DNA from: Terriglobia bacterium
GTDB taxonomy: Bacteria > Acidobacteriota > Terriglobia > Acidiferrales > UBA7541
Direction: 5' to 3'
Assembly: GCA_963695545.1 (NCBI GenBank)
Contig: OY968796.1
Location: 4,000,001-4,064,000 of the forward strand
DNA length: 64,000 nucleotides
This document shows, one piece after another, positions 49,178 to 59,583 of this stretch. The stretch's first letter is position 1. Every line of letters begins with the position of its first letter. The translations under genes were made by a program, and so were the position numbers. Below the pieces are notes generated by a model that searched no databases, was not told the origin of the DNA, and saw only the letters and a program-made list of their open reading frames with translations.

Positions 49178-51937
49178 TTATCGGGATGGATGCGGCGCGG
49201 CGGGAGCGTTATCCGAAGAGGGTTTGGCAAACTTAATGTCGTCAATCGGAATGTTCTGCTGCACATCGTCGATCTGAATGATCGAAGTGCTTCCAGGTTG
49301 GGCAATTGTCACGCGAAACGGCACTTGCACGCCGTCGACGTCGCGATAATCGGCGTAGTCGATTTGCGTGGGATCGAGCCCCAGCGGCGACTCGACGTAG
49401 CGCAATACGCGCAGAAGCAGATTTGACTGCTCATCGAAGTATAGCTTGACCGCGGGTTGGCCTTGCGTGACGCAGGAGAGCACGTAGGCTTCGCGGTCGC
49501 CGATCTTTTCCGGGTACTCGACGCGCACTTCCGGGAATATCTGCTGGACGCGGAGGGGAAACTGCAGGTCCGAGTCCATCCGAGCCGCCACTATTTCCGC
49601 GTCTTCCATCGCGCGTGTTGGCCGCCCGGGATAGACAAGCCATCCCTCCTGCCCGTCGAAAATTGCAAGGCTATCGCCGTCCGGAAGGTGCCGGATTAAA
49701 GCCTGTTTGTCCGGCGCTTGTGTGAAGATTTCGAGGCCAACGGATTGGCCTCGAATCGCGGCGGTTCCTTTTTCCACGCGGCTTGTGATTTTCTCAATCG
49801 CGGCCGCTCCGCCGAGCGCATTGACGTAATTTTCAAGCAATTGGGAAACGGTGGGTAAGTTGGTTGGGAGTTCCGGCGCCTCGGAAGCCGGAGCGACTCT
49901 GTTCGCCTGCACCACGTTCGCAACATCCGCAGTGCCCACGGGACTGGCTGCTCCACGATGACAGGAGTAGCAGGTCACCTCTTTACGGCCCGCGAAATTA
50001 TTCTGGTTGATCGCAAACATCATTTGCATCATCGCGCGCGCGGTTTGTTTGGGCTTCTTGTCGTCTCGCTCAAAATGGTCCTGAACATGGCAGTAACTGC
50101 ATTCCACACCGAGCGACGAGGAGATGAATTCCATGGCCGGAAGCAGTTGGCCGGACGGAATACCTTTGAGCACTTGAATGTTCTTGTAGACTTCTTCGGC
50201 GTTTTTCTGTGGCGCGCTCGAGGCGGTGTTCGGAGCGGTCTCGTCCTCGTCGGAGGTTTGGGTCATCGCCGCTTTGATCTTGGTCGAGAGCGCTTCGTTC
50301 TCCGCGGTCTTGCCCTGTTTTTCGTACAAGCCGATCAGCGTGCTGGCGGCCGGAAGATACAGCGGGTCGAGCGTGACGGCGCGTTCGAGAAACGGGATCG
50401 CATCTTCGTTGTCGCCTTCCTGCATGTAAGGCGCCGCAGCAGCCGCTTCCGCCAGCGCTGAATTGGGATCGAGCTGCAAGGCGCGCTCGAACGCGATCTT
50501 GGCATCCGATGTTTGCTTTCCGAACAGCAATGCATTGCCGATCCAATTGAAAAAGTCGCTGTCATCCGTGAATTGCTGCTGAACCGCCGCGAGATTCTGG
50601 TAGCCCTCGATAATGAGGGGCGACGAGCGCCGCTGCATGCCGACGTCGATATCGGCGATTCCGAGGTTGCGGCGCTGCAAATCGGGTGCGGGTTCGCGCC
50701 ACGCGACTATGCCAGTGCCGGGCGGAAGATCCGGTTGCTCCGTCGGGCGCCGCTGGATCCTGTGGTCGGTGAACACGGTGTGGCCGCCGTCCTGTGCGTT
50801 GCGGCGGGGCATGTGACAACCGAGGCAATCACTATCTTTCGCGGGATGAGGAGAAACCGGAAAACTCGCCGTGTGGCACGTGAGGCATTTAGCGCGGTAA
50901 TACTGCAGCGGCTGAACCGGCTCGTCGTGCGGATCGTGGCAGGTTCCGCACCACAGGCGGCCGCCGCTGTTGCGCGCGCACGCGCTCAGCGCAAGTTGCT
51001 CGGCATGACTAATCACTTTGAAAGCGCCGGCCGCCGCGCCTGGCGGCAAAGCGTTGTGATAGATGGTGAATGTGTCTTCCAAGCGCTGGCCCGGGACGAA
51101 ATCGCTGAGCTGTTTTCCGGGATTGGCGACGCGTGAGACTCCAAACAAGTGGCACTGCTCGCAGACGCTGTCGCGAGCGGCGGGCTCGAGCTTCGCGGGA
51201 TTGACGATCGTGCCCGCGCGAGGATCGGCGAGATGTTTTTCAGCGGGGCCGTGACATCGTTCGCAGGTGATCCCTTCCGCGTCCGCGGGGAAAATTGGGA
51301 GCCGGTACTGATTCAGTGTGCCCGGCACATGCAACGCGGTTCCTGAATGGCAGAGAACACATTCTTCGCTGACGGGGCGCGTGAAATCCGGATCTGGCAA
51401 ATTTTCATAACCCGGAGCGAGACCATAGGATTTGCGCCTGGTGTAGTACGCGACCGGAGATTGAAATAAATGTCCGCCGATATCGACCAGATAGCCGCTC
51501 GCGTGCGCGCCTGAACCGATTACATAGTCGACGCGATAGTCGCTGCGGTCGCCCCCGTTCTCCCAATGTTGCCAATACCCTGTCGGTGATGAATGCATGG
51601 TGATCGTCGAGCCCTGGGCGCTGACCGTGCCGTCCGGCTCCTGGCCGGCGCGTCGCAAGGAATGCGCCATCGCAGTGCGCGCGTAGCCTTCGACCTCTGC
51701 GGGATGGCAGTAAAAGCATCGACTGGCCTCGATGGCTTCGCTCGGCGGAGTTTTCGCAAGCGGCTGCGCGTCATCCTTCGGCGCTGCGTTGCCGGCAGAT
51801 TGGCCACGTCCGAAAATAGCGCAGCCGAGTAACATCAGAATGATTGAAAGGCAAAAAGAAAAGATTTGTGCCGGGCGCGTCGGATGAGATCGCCGGATCA
51901 TGTGGCGAAGCTTATTGGGAGGAGAAGACGAAGGCAA
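49178..51937 (-). CDS. Secreted multiheme c-type cytochrome-TPR-diheme cytochrome fusion protein
   Basis: Nine CxxCH motifs (7 N-terminal, 2 after YKNIQVLKG), central TPRs, C-terminal ALGG..I..DYRDVDGVQVPF..DDIKFAKP domain; start 51937 or 51901. Confidence 0.85.
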   Translation of the reverse strand: MPSSSPPNKLRHMIRRSHPTRPAQIFSFCLSIILMLLGCAIFGRGQSAGNAAPKDDAQPLAKTPPSEAIEASRCFYCHPAEVEGYARTAMAHSLRRAGQEPDGTVSAQGSTITMHSSPTGYWQHWENGGDRSDYRVDYVIGSGAHASGYLVDIGGHLFQSPVAYYTRRKSYGLAPGYENLPDPDFTRPVSEECVLCHSGTALHVPGTLNQYRLPIFPADAEGITCERCHGPAEKHLADPRAGTIVNPAKLEPAARDSVCEQCHLFGVSRVANPGKQLSDFVPGQRLEDTFTIYHNALPPGAAAGAFKVISHAEQLALSACARNSGGRLWCGTCHDPHDEPVQPLQYYRAKCLTCHTASFPVSPHPAKDSDCLGCHMPRRNAQDGGHTVFTDHRIQRRPTEQPDLPPGTGIVAWREPAPDLQRRNLGIADIDVGMQRRSSPLIIEGYQNLAAVQQQFTDDSDFFNWIGNALLFGKQTSDAKIAFERALQLDPNSALAEAAAAAPYMQEGDNEDAIPFLERAVTLDPLYLPAASTLIGLYEKQGKTAENEALSTKIKAAMTQTSDEDETAPNTASSAPQKNAEEVYKNIQVLKGIPSGQLLPAMEFISSSLGVECSYCHVQDHFERDDKKPKQTARAMMQMMFAINQNNFAGRKEVTCYSCHRGAASPVGTADVANVVQANRVAPASEAPELPTNLPTVSQLLENYVNALGGAAAIEKITSRVEKGTAAIRGQSVGLEIFTQAPDKQALIRHLPDGDSLAIFDGQEGWLVYPGRPTRAMEDAEIVAARMDSDLQFPLRVQQIFPEVRVEYPEKIGDREAYVLSCVTQGQPAVKLYFDEQSNLLLRVLRYVESPLGLDPTQIDYADYRDVDGVQVPFRVTIAQPGSTSIIQIDDVQQNIPIDDIKFAKPSSDNAPAAPHPSR

Positions 51938-51946
51938 GAAAGGGAT

Positions 51947-53020
51947 TCATTCTTTGGTTTTCGGTGCGGCTTGCGAAGCGCGCTTTGACGTTGAACCCGA
52001 TTTGATCTGATTGTTGCTTGGAGGAAACGTTGTGGACTCGCGAAGAATCAGTTGAGTGTTCAACACGTACTCGGTTCCGTTTGGCGAGGGCGATTCCCTG
52101 TTCACATCTTTAAGAAGGGCGTTGAACGCAAGGGTCGCCAGTTCCGCCTGTGACATTTTAATCGTGGTTAGCGAAGGAATCATGTAGTCGGCCAATCGCG
52201 TGTCGTCAAATCCGATCACCGACAATTCCCGAGGCACCGTGATCCCCAGTTCGTAAGCCTGCCTCATCACGCCGATGGCCGTCATGTCATTGGAGCAAAT
52301 CAGAGCCGTGGGCTGTTCCCGAAGCTGCGAAAGTTCCTGCAGCGCGCGCTTTCCCCCTTCCAGTCGGTGGTCTCCCTGGACGATAAATTCGGGCCGCACG
52401 TGCAGACCAATCTCGCGCATGGACTCCTCGAACGCGTGTCTGCGCGCCACTGCGGAGCGCAGCCGCAGCGGCCCGCTCACGAATCCAATAAGCTCGTGAC
52501 GCATGGCCGCCAGGTGTTGCACGGCTTGGCGAATGCCGTGCGCGTAGTCGACACGGATGTTACTGACGCGCGGCGCCTTGGGCCCGACGTCAACGAACAC
52601 CAGAGGCAATTTCCGAAATCGCAGATGCTCGAGGAGTTCTTCTTCCATTCCGAAGGTAAGAATAGCGACGCCGTCCACGCGGCTTTCAATCATCCTGCGA
52701 ACCGCCAGTTCCATGCGCTTTGGGTCGTGAATCGTCGAGGTCAGAAGAATTTCGTAATTTTGTTCCACCGCGAGCGTTTCGAAAGTTTGCACGATTTCAG
52801 GAAAGAAAGGATTCGTAATTTCCGAAACGACCAGTCCAAAAACTCGGCTTCGCCCGGACACCAGGGCACGAGCTTGCCGATTTGGATAATATCCTAGCTC
52901 CGCAATGGCTTTCCAAACGCGCTTGGCCATTTGCGCGTCGACCGTCGCTACCTGGTTCACCGTGCGCGAGACGGTTGCGGTCGACACCCTCGCTCGTCTG
53001 GCGACATCGCGAATGTCCAC
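51947..53020 (-). CDS. LacI-family transcriptional regulator
   Basis: IRDVARRARVSTATVSRTVN HTH, NPFFPE, SNDMTAIG, IGFDD, LTTI. Confidence 0.95.
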   Translation of the reverse strand: MDIRDVARRARVSTATVSRTVNQVATVDAQMAKRVWKAIAELGYYPNRQARALVSGRSRVFGLVVSEITNPFFPEIVQTFETLAVEQNYEILLTSTIHDPKRMELAVRRMIESRVDGVAILTFGMEEELLEHLRFRKLPLVFVDVGPKAPRVSNIRVDYAHGIRQAVQHLAAMRHELIGFVSGPLRLRSAVARRHAFEESMREIGLHVRPEFIVQGDHRLEGGKRALQELSQLREQPTALICSNDMTAIGVMRQAYELGITVPRELSVIGFDDTRLADYMIPSLTTIKMSQAELATLAFNALLKDVNRESPSPNGTEYVLNTQLILRESTTFPPSNNQIKSGSTSKRASQAAPKTKE

Positions 53021-53260
53021 GAGTCCTCTTCCTCAGCCCGCGGGGAGAAACGACGCCGACAGTATACGCTATCCCAAGACGCTATCCCAAACGCCTCGCA
53101 ACCGGCGCGCCGGCTGCGGGAAATTGCGCGCGCGCTTCGAAGCGAAACACAGTTCTCTATTGAACTGAGCCACTAATCGGAGACGACAGCATCGAAGTGA
53201 CAGAACATCGTCGGTTCGACGCTAGGCGCCCATCGCGCTTGCAAAGAGACCAAGAGCGTG

Positions 53261-53272
53261 GTAAGCGTTTAC
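53261..53272. promoter_or_regulatory. Putative LacI-family operator
   Basis: GTAAGCGTTTAC palindrome with central CG, between lacI and galM. Confidence 0.7.
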
Positions 53273-53327
53273 TCAGGTTGCACTGCGAACGTCAGTTTTG
53301 CTGTCGGAAGCTTCGAGGGGACGATTC

Positions 53328-54476
53328 ATGATCAGACCTTCCGCCATCGGTTTCACCTTCGCCAGTCTCTTGATCCTCGCGGCCTCACTCCACGGGCAGG
53401 CGGCGCCGCGCAAGGTGAAAGTCTTAGATTTTGGGAAGACCACCGATGGCATTTCTGTTTACCGGTACGTTCTGACCAACGAAAAGGGCGTCCAGGCGGT
53501 CGTGATCAGCTACGGCGCTACCTTGGTTTCGCTAAAAGTTCCCGATCGCAACGGCAAAATTGCGGACGTCGTGCTCGGCTACGACACGCTCGATGGCTAC
53601 GAGCAAGGCGCTTCATATTTTGGAGGCACAATCGGCAGATACGGGAACCGAATCGCCGGCGGGCAATTTACGCTCGACGGAACGGCGTTTCAGGTCCCAA
53701 AGAACGACGGGCCGAATAGCTTGCACGGGGGAACCATCGGTTTCAACAAGAGGGTTTGGACTGCTGTCGATCGATCGCGAGCGGATGCCGAGGTCCTCGA
53801 GTTGAGCTACACCAGCCCGGACGGAGAAGAAGGTTACCCGGGAACGCTTAAGGTGAAGGTCACCTACACGCTCCCGGCGGATTCAAATGAATTGCGCATC
53901 GATTATTTGGCGACGACCGATAAAGACACCGTCCTGAACCTCACGAATCATAGCTATTTCAATTTGACCGGCGACCCGAGCCAAACAATCTTGGACCACC
54001 AGTTGCTATTACACGCGCTGAAATTTACGCCCGTCGATTCGACTTTGATACCTACGGGAGAAGAGCGCGCGGTTCAAGGCACGCCTTTTGATTTTACGAA
54101 GCCGACAGCCATCGGGGCCCGCATCAATCAGGACGACGAGCAACTGAAGTTCGGCAAGGGATACGACCACAACTGGGTGCTGGAAAAAACCGCAGGTGGC
54201 GGATTACAGCTTGCCGCCGAAGTATTTGAACCCACCAGCGGACGAGTCCTGGAAATTCTGACAACCGAACCCGGCATCCAGTTTTACAGCGGCAACTTCT
54301 TGGACGGGACGGCGCGGGGCAAGGGCGGCCAACTCTATGCCTACCGGACCGGTCTGGCCCTGGAGACGCAGCACTTTCCGGATTCGCCGAACCATCCGAA
54401 TTTCCCGTCCACGGAGTTGAAACCGGGGCAAACGTATCGCTCAACGACGGTACTCCGTTTTTTGACTCGGAAATAA
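53328..54476 (+). CDS. galM: Aldose 1-epimerase (mutarotase) with signal peptide
   Basis: GRYGNRI, LHGG, NLTNHSYFNL, GYDHN, QFYSGNFL, ETQHFPDSPN. Confidence 0.93.
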   Translation: MIRPSAIGFTFASLLILAASLHGQAAPRKVKVLDFGKTTDGISVYRYVLTNEKGVQAVVISYGATLVSLKVPDRNGKIADVVLGYDTLDGYEQGASYFGGTIGRYGNRIAGGQFTLDGTAFQVPKNDGPNSLHGGTIGFNKRVWTAVDRSRADAEVLELSYTSPDGEEGYPGTLKVKVTYTLPADSNELRIDYLATTDKDTVLNLTNHSYFNLTGDPSQTILDHQLLLHALKFTPVDSTLIPTGEERAVQGTPFDFTKPTAIGARINQDDEQLKFGKGYDHNWVLEKTAGGGLQLAAEVFEPTSGRVLEILTTEPGIQFYSGNFLDGTARGKGGQLYAYRTGLALETQHFPDSPNHPNFPSTELKPGQTYRSTTVLRFLTRK

Positions 54477-54652
54477 AGTTCGCAATAAGGAAGGCGAACG
54501 TGAAACCAAGCTGTCCTTCCTGTCGCTCAAGCCTACCCTGTTGTGCGGCTTACACCCGAAGCGCTGGCGGAACACGCATGCGCGGAGCGATGCCAACATT
54601 CATCTCGCGCGGCAAATCGGCGCGACCCAGAGAGGAAGCGATCTAAAGCGCC

Positions 54653-56071
54653 ATGCCGAACAAGAAAAAAATGACCATGGGAGTGATCGTGGGGAACCGG
54701 GGCTTCTTTCCGGATCATCTGGCGAAGACCGGAAGGGACGAGATGATCCGTGTCCTGCAAAATGCGGGCATCGAAGCGGTCGTGCTCGGGCCCGATCAGA
54801 GCAAGCACGGAGCGGTAGAGACCTACGAAGAAGCGAAGCTGTGCGCGGAGTTGTTTAAGTCGAAAGCCGGCGCCATCGACGGCGTAATCGTGACTTTGCC
54901 GAATTTTGGAGACGAGCGCGCCATTGCCGACACGCTGCGTCTAGCGCACTTGGGTGTCCCGGTTCTGGTGCAAGCGACTCCGGATACGCAGTCGAAAATG
55001 ACCATCACGCATCGTCGTGACAGTTTTTGCGGAAAAATGTCCGCTTGCAACAATTTGAAGCAATACGGCATTCCCTATTCCCTCACTACGCTTCACACCG
55101 AAGCGCCGGACTCCGCGGAATTCGCGCGTGACCTTGAATGGTTCTCCGCGGTTTGCCGCGTCGTGAAGGGTTTGAGGAATCTGCGCATCGGCGCGCTGGG
55201 CGCGCGTCCCGCGGCCTTCAACACCGTGCGCTATAGCGAAAAGCTGCTCGAGGCCAGCGGGATCTCCATCGAAACCCTTGATCTTTCCGAAGTGCTCGGG
55301 CGCATCAGCCGGATGAAGGACGCCGACGAAGCCGTGGTTAAAAAGCTGCAATCCATCAAGCGCTACGTGACGACCGCGGAGATTCCCGAGGCCGCGCTGC
55401 TCAAGATGGCCAAGCTCGGCGCCGTAGTCGATCACTGGATGAAAGCCACCGACGTACAGATCAGCGCCGTGCAATGCTGGACTTCGCTTGAAGAAAATCT
55501 CGGCGTGGTGCCCTGCACGGTGATGAGCATGATGAGCGAATCGCTGCTCTCGAGTGCCTGCGAAGTGGACGTGTGCGGTGTGCTGGGCATGCACGCATTG
55601 CAGCTGGCTTCGGAAACGCCCAGTGCGCTGCTCGATTGGAATAACAATTACGGAGACAATCCCAACAAGGCCGTGTGCTTCCACTGCAGCAATTTGCCCA
55701 AGCATTTTTTCAAGGACGTGAGGATGGATTATCAGGCGATTATCGCCGGCACGGTTGGAATGGAAAATACATTCGGAACCTGCGTGGGACACGTCAAACC
55801 CGGCGCCATGAGCTTCGCCCGGTTCTCGACCGACGATACGGCCGGCAGGATTCGCGGATACACCGGCGAGGGAAGATTTACGGATGATCCGCTGGAAACT
55901 TTCGGCGGTGCGGGCGTGGTTGAGATTCCCGAACTGCAGAAACTGCTGCGCTATATTTGTGAAAACGGTTTCGAGCACCACGTCGCCGCCAATTTTTCCT
56001 CGGTTGCGCCCGCGGTGCACGAAGCCGCCGCGCGTTACCTGGGCTGGGAAATGTACGCACACGTAGGGTAA
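54653..56071 (+). CDS. L-fucose/L-arabinose isomerase-family protein
   Basis: NRGFFP, NFGDE, RRDSFCGK, QCW, ACEVD, FHCSN, GFEHH. Confidence 0.88.
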   Translation: MPNKKKMTMGVIVGNRGFFPDHLAKTGRDEMIRVLQNAGIEAVVLGPDQSKHGAVETYEEAKLCAELFKSKAGAIDGVIVTLPNFGDERAIADTLRLAHLGVPVLVQATPDTQSKMTITHRRDSFCGKMSACNNLKQYGIPYSLTTLHTEAPDSAEFARDLEWFSAVCRVVKGLRNLRIGALGARPAAFNTVRYSEKLLEASGISIETLDLSEVLGRISRMKDADEAVVKKLQSIKRYVTTAEIPEAALLKMAKLGAVVDHWMKATDVQISAVQCWTSLEENLGVVPCTVMSMMSESLLSSACEVDVCGVLGMHALQLASETPSALLDWNNNYGDNPNKAVCFHCSNLPKHFFKDVRMDYQAIIAGTVGMENTFGTCVGHVKPGAMSFARFSTDDTAGRIRGYTGEGRFTDDPLETFGGAGVVEIPELQKLLRYICENGFEHHVAANFSSVAPAVHEAAARYLGWEMYAHVG

Positions 56072-56103
56072 AGTTTTATTCCTGCGCGGCGGGTGAAAAT
56101 CTT

Positions 56104-57684
56104 ATGGCCATCGTAGCTGGGGTTGATTTTGGAACTTTGAGCGTTCGCGTGTCGATTATGGATAGCGAACGCGGCTTGCTGGCGACCGCGCTTGCGGAAT
56201 ATCCGCTCCATCGCAAACGCGAAGACCCTGAATATGCCACGCAGTCGCACGACGATCAAATGCGCGCGCTCGCCAGCGCCACGCGCGAGGCCGTAAAGCA
56301 AGCGCACATCTCCGGCGATCAAGTCGAAGCCATCGCTCTCGATACCACTGGCTCCTCCGTGATTCCCGTTGGGAAAAATCTCCAGCCGCTCGACGAATAT
56401 TATCTTTGGTGCGATCACCGCGCGAAGTCCGAAGCTGCGGAGATTACCGAAGCCGCGCTTCGGGAAAAACTTCCGGCTATCCAGTGGTGCGGCGGCGTGT
56501 ATTCCTCCGAGTGGGGTTTCTCAAAGCTGCTGCACTGGTTGCGGCACAATCCCGCCAAGCGCGCCGATTTCGCTTCCGCCTTCGAGCACTGTGACATGGT
56601 GGCGGCCACGCTCTGCGGAATCACCGATCCTCGCAAAGCTAAGCGCAGCGTTTGCGCCATGGGGCACAAGTGGCTGTGGAATCCGGATCTTGGCGGCCTG
56701 CCGCCGGAAGAGTTCCTGGTCAAAGTGGATCCCTTGCTTGCGGGCGTAAGAGAAAAACTTCAGGGCGAATACGCCACCTCAGACAAAATTGCCGGAAGGC
56801 TCTCCCCGTTCTGGGCGGAGAAACTCGGATTGAAGGCCGGCATTCCCATTCCAGTCGGAGCATTCGACGCGCATTGGGATGCCATCGGCGCAGGATGCCG
56901 CACTGAAGATATGGTGAATGTCATCGGCACGTCGACTTGCATAATTGGAATTACGCCTTCGGTCAATCTGGTGCCCGGAGTCTGCGGAGTAGTTCAGGGC
57001 AGCGTGCATCCGAAGCGCACCGGAATCGAGGCTGGTCTTTCGGCCGTGGGGGATATTTTTAACGCCATCGCCAGCCGAGCAGGCACCGATGTTGCGACGC
57101 TCAGCCAGGGTCTCGAGAAATATCAACCCGGGCAGACCGGTCTTCTGCGTATGACCTGGGACAACGGAGACCGAACCGTCTTGGTGAATCCGAATTTGCG
57201 CGGAATAACTTTCGGCTGGAACCTGCAGAGCACCGCTGAGGACGAACTCTTCGCCGCGATCGAAGGCACCGCGCTCCACACGCGAATCATTCTGGATCGC
57301 ATGGCCGAACACGACGTGAACATCAAGCGCGTGATCAATGCCGGTGGAATTCCGCAGAAGAACAACGTGCTGAATCAAATCTACGCCAACGTTTTGGGAA
57401 GGCCGGTGCTCGTGCCGAGCAAAAGTGTCGTCAGTTTAGGTTCCGCGATTTTCGCTTTTCTTGCGGCCGGCACGTTTAAATCCGTGGACGAGGCTCAGGA
57501 TAAGATTTGTCCCAAAAATGTGGTGTTCACACCAGAGCCCGCGGCGCAGAAGGTCTACGACACGCTCTACACGCTCTATCAAAAGCTTTATTTCGCTTTT
57601 GGGCAGCCGAGCGACCCGAAGTTCGGCGACGTTTTGCCAACCCTCATCGGCGTAGCCGAGAAGGCCTACCAGCGCGATTCATAA
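56104..57684 (+). CDS. araB: Ribulokinase (FGGY family)
   Basis: GVDFGTLSVR, DTTGSS, LWCDH, YSSEW, CAMGHK, FDAH, GTSTC, WDNGDR. Confidence 0.9.
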   Translation: MAIVAGVDFGTLSVRVSIMDSERGLLATALAEYPLHRKREDPEYATQSHDDQMRALASATREAVKQAHISGDQVEAIALDTTGSSVIPVGKNLQPLDEYYLWCDHRAKSEAAEITEAALREKLPAIQWCGGVYSSEWGFSKLLHWLRHNPAKRADFASAFEHCDMVAATLCGITDPRKAKRSVCAMGHKWLWNPDLGGLPPEEFLVKVDPLLAGVREKLQGEYATSDKIAGRLSPFWAEKLGLKAGIPIPVGAFDAHWDAIGAGCRTEDMVNVIGTSTCIIGITPSVNLVPGVCGVVQGSVHPKRTGIEAGLSAVGDIFNAIASRAGTDVATLSQGLEKYQPGQTGLLRMTWDNGDRTVLVNPNLRGITFGWNLQSTAEDELFAAIEGTALHTRIILDRMAEHDVNIKRVINAGGIPQKNNVLNQIYANVLGRPVLVPSKSVVSLGSAIFAFLAAGTFKSVDEAQDKICPKNVVFTPEPAAQKVYDTLYTLYQKLYFAFGQPSDPKFGDVLPTLIGVAEKAYQRDS

Positions 57685-57714
57685 TTCGATCTGTGCGCGC
57701 CGGGGACGAGAACC

Positions 57715-59583
57715 CTAGCTCTCAACCGTGTGATAAAGCCGGTAAGGCTCATCACCGATTGCCGCAAACGATCGAAATGTCGTTTTTCCCGCGCTGCCCT
57801 GCACCATCCAGTCTTGTGAAGACGCAGAGGCGGCCAGCAGTTGCGCGCGCGTAAAGCTTGCCGGCAAATCCCCCACGCCGAACAGCGCCAGCGGCCCTTG
57901 GCGAAGCGCCACGATCTGCGGGTTCTGCGCATCGATGGCATCCAGGCGAAGTGGCATTCCAATTTCGTATTCCACGCGATCGCCATTCTTCCACGTTCGC
58001 GTGAGTTCAAAGAATTGTCCCGCGACAACTTCGCCTTCGGCTCGCTTGCCGTTTACAGAAATGCGCGTCGAGGCATCCGACCATGCCGGAACCCGCACGT
58101 AGATCGTAAACTTTTCGGGACGCGCCATTTCGAGTTGAAGCTCGGTTTGATTCGACGCCGGATAGTTGGTTTTTTGAGTGACACTGCATTGCGTTCCGCC
58201 TTGCATCCAACTCACGCGCGAAGGAATGAAGAGATTGACGTAGATTCCCTCTTTGGCCGCGTAGTACGAGCTGATGCCGTAATCCGCGCTCAATTGCGGA
58301 AAAGTGCCGGAACAGCACGGCCATTTTTGTTCGTAATAGACTTTCTTCGCTTCGTCGTTGTTGTAATCCGAGTAGTAGAAACTCGTGCCGTCGGCGAGAA
58401 TGGGTTTGGCTCCGGCGATCGTGTTGTATAGCACCTGTTCCATGCTGTCGCCGTAACGAGAATCGCGGGTCACGCGCAGCAGGTAGCGCGTGATCTTGAA
58501 GTGTCCGTAGGCGCCACATGGCGTCTCGAAGCTCGCGTGGGTGTAACCCAGGCTCTTCGCAAGCAATCCCTTCCCGGGTTCAACGAACGATTCGTTCGGT
58601 CCCCATCCCCCTGTTGCGTAGCTCTGTTCCTGAACCATCCGCAGTCCGTTCGCCGCGGCGTGGAGATACTGCTCGTCTCCCAGGACAAAGTAAGCCTGCA
58701 TTGCGGAACTTAGCGTATTGACGTGGCTGTAGGCGTGCATGTGCGGAAGCGCGTTCTGATTCGCCGCCAGAGGATCATAGTACTCATGGTAGATAAAGCG
58801 TTCCGCTAAATCTCTGTAGCGTTTGTCGCCGCTTCGTTGGTATGCCAGAAAGAAATTCTCCGGCAGCGTGTACGGTTCGTCCCATCCGTAGGAAATGTCC
58901 TTATGGGCCGCAGCTGCGCGAGCTTCCTGTTCGTCCCGAGTCAGGGCGCGCGGCGGCAGATATGGCAAAACAGCATCCGTGGCCCTCTCGAGAACACCCA
59001 GAGCGTTAGGATCCGCGGCGAATTCGTACGCATCGATCAGGCCGCAATTCGTCTTGTCGAAGGTATACGCCGGCAGTCGGTAGTCGATGTAGAATTTCCC
59101 GGACGGTTCAACGGTCTCGCCGAAGGCGCTGACGAGTCGGTGAACCTTTTCCTGCGTAGGCTTCGATCCCGTCACCGCGTACGCGCGAGCCAATCCGGAA
59201 AGATATTGGCCGAACGAATGTCCGGGAATAAATGCATGAAAATTACGCGGCACGCCACCAAACCCGCTGGAAAAATCATTGCCGTTGTCGTACCAGCCGC
59301 CCATATCGGGACCAGGAGCCGGCATCCCTTCACGCTGCCGAAACGGTTTGAGTAACGAATCTTCATTGAGACCAAGAAATCGCGCATGGTTTTGATCGAA
59401 CTGGATGCGGAAAGGTCCGTCAAGCAGCTGCACGGCTGAGTAGCCGAAGACTGAGAGTGGAGGAGTGATCGCAACACTCGCCGTCTCGGGGCGCGCCCAC
59501 GCTGGAAGAGAACGCGCTGCGAATACGCCGGCGGTCGAAATCGCCGCTGACTTAAGGAACTGCCGCCTGGATTTATTTTTCAC
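57715..59583 (-). CDS. GH127/GH146-type beta-L-arabinofuranosidase-family protein, Tat-exported
   Basis: SRRQFLK Tat motif, GHSFGQYLS, HAYSH, ETPC, WPCCSGT. Confidence 0.87.
   Translation of the reverse strand: MKNKSRRQFLKSAAISTAGVFAARSLPAWARPETASVAITPPLSVFGYSAVQLLDGPFRIQFDQNHARFLGLNEDSLLKPFRQREGMPAPGPDMGGWYDNGNDFSSGFGGVPRNFHAFIPGHSFGQYLSGLARAYAVTGSKPTQEKVHRLVSAFGETVEPSGKFYIDYRLPAYTFDKTNCGLIDAYEFAADPNALGVLERATDAVLPYLPPRALTRDEQEARAAAAHKDISYGWDEPYTLPENFFLAYQRSGDKRYRDLAERFIYHEYYDPLAANQNALPHMHAYSHVNTLSSAMQAYFVLGDEQYLHAAANGLRMVQEQSYATGGWGPNESFVEPGKGLLAKSLGYTHASFETPCGAYGHFKITRYLLRVTRDSRYGDSMEQVLYNTIAGAKPILADGTSFYYSDYNNDEAKKVYYEQKWPCCSGTFPQLSADYGISSYYAAKEGIYVNLFIPSRVSWMQGGTQCSVTQKTNYPASNQTELQLEMARPEKFTIYVRVPAWSDASTRISVNGKRAEGEVVAGQFFELTRTWKNGDRVEYEIGMPLRLDAIDAQNPQIVALRQGPLALFGVGDLPASFTRAQLLAASASSQDWMVQGSAGKTTFRSFAAIGDEPYRLYHTVES

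Noticed and set aside
49178..51937. Evidence of phototrophy from the RC-cytochrome-like domain
   Set aside because: Only a diheme module of that family; no reaction-centre or bacteriochlorophyll genes in the window.
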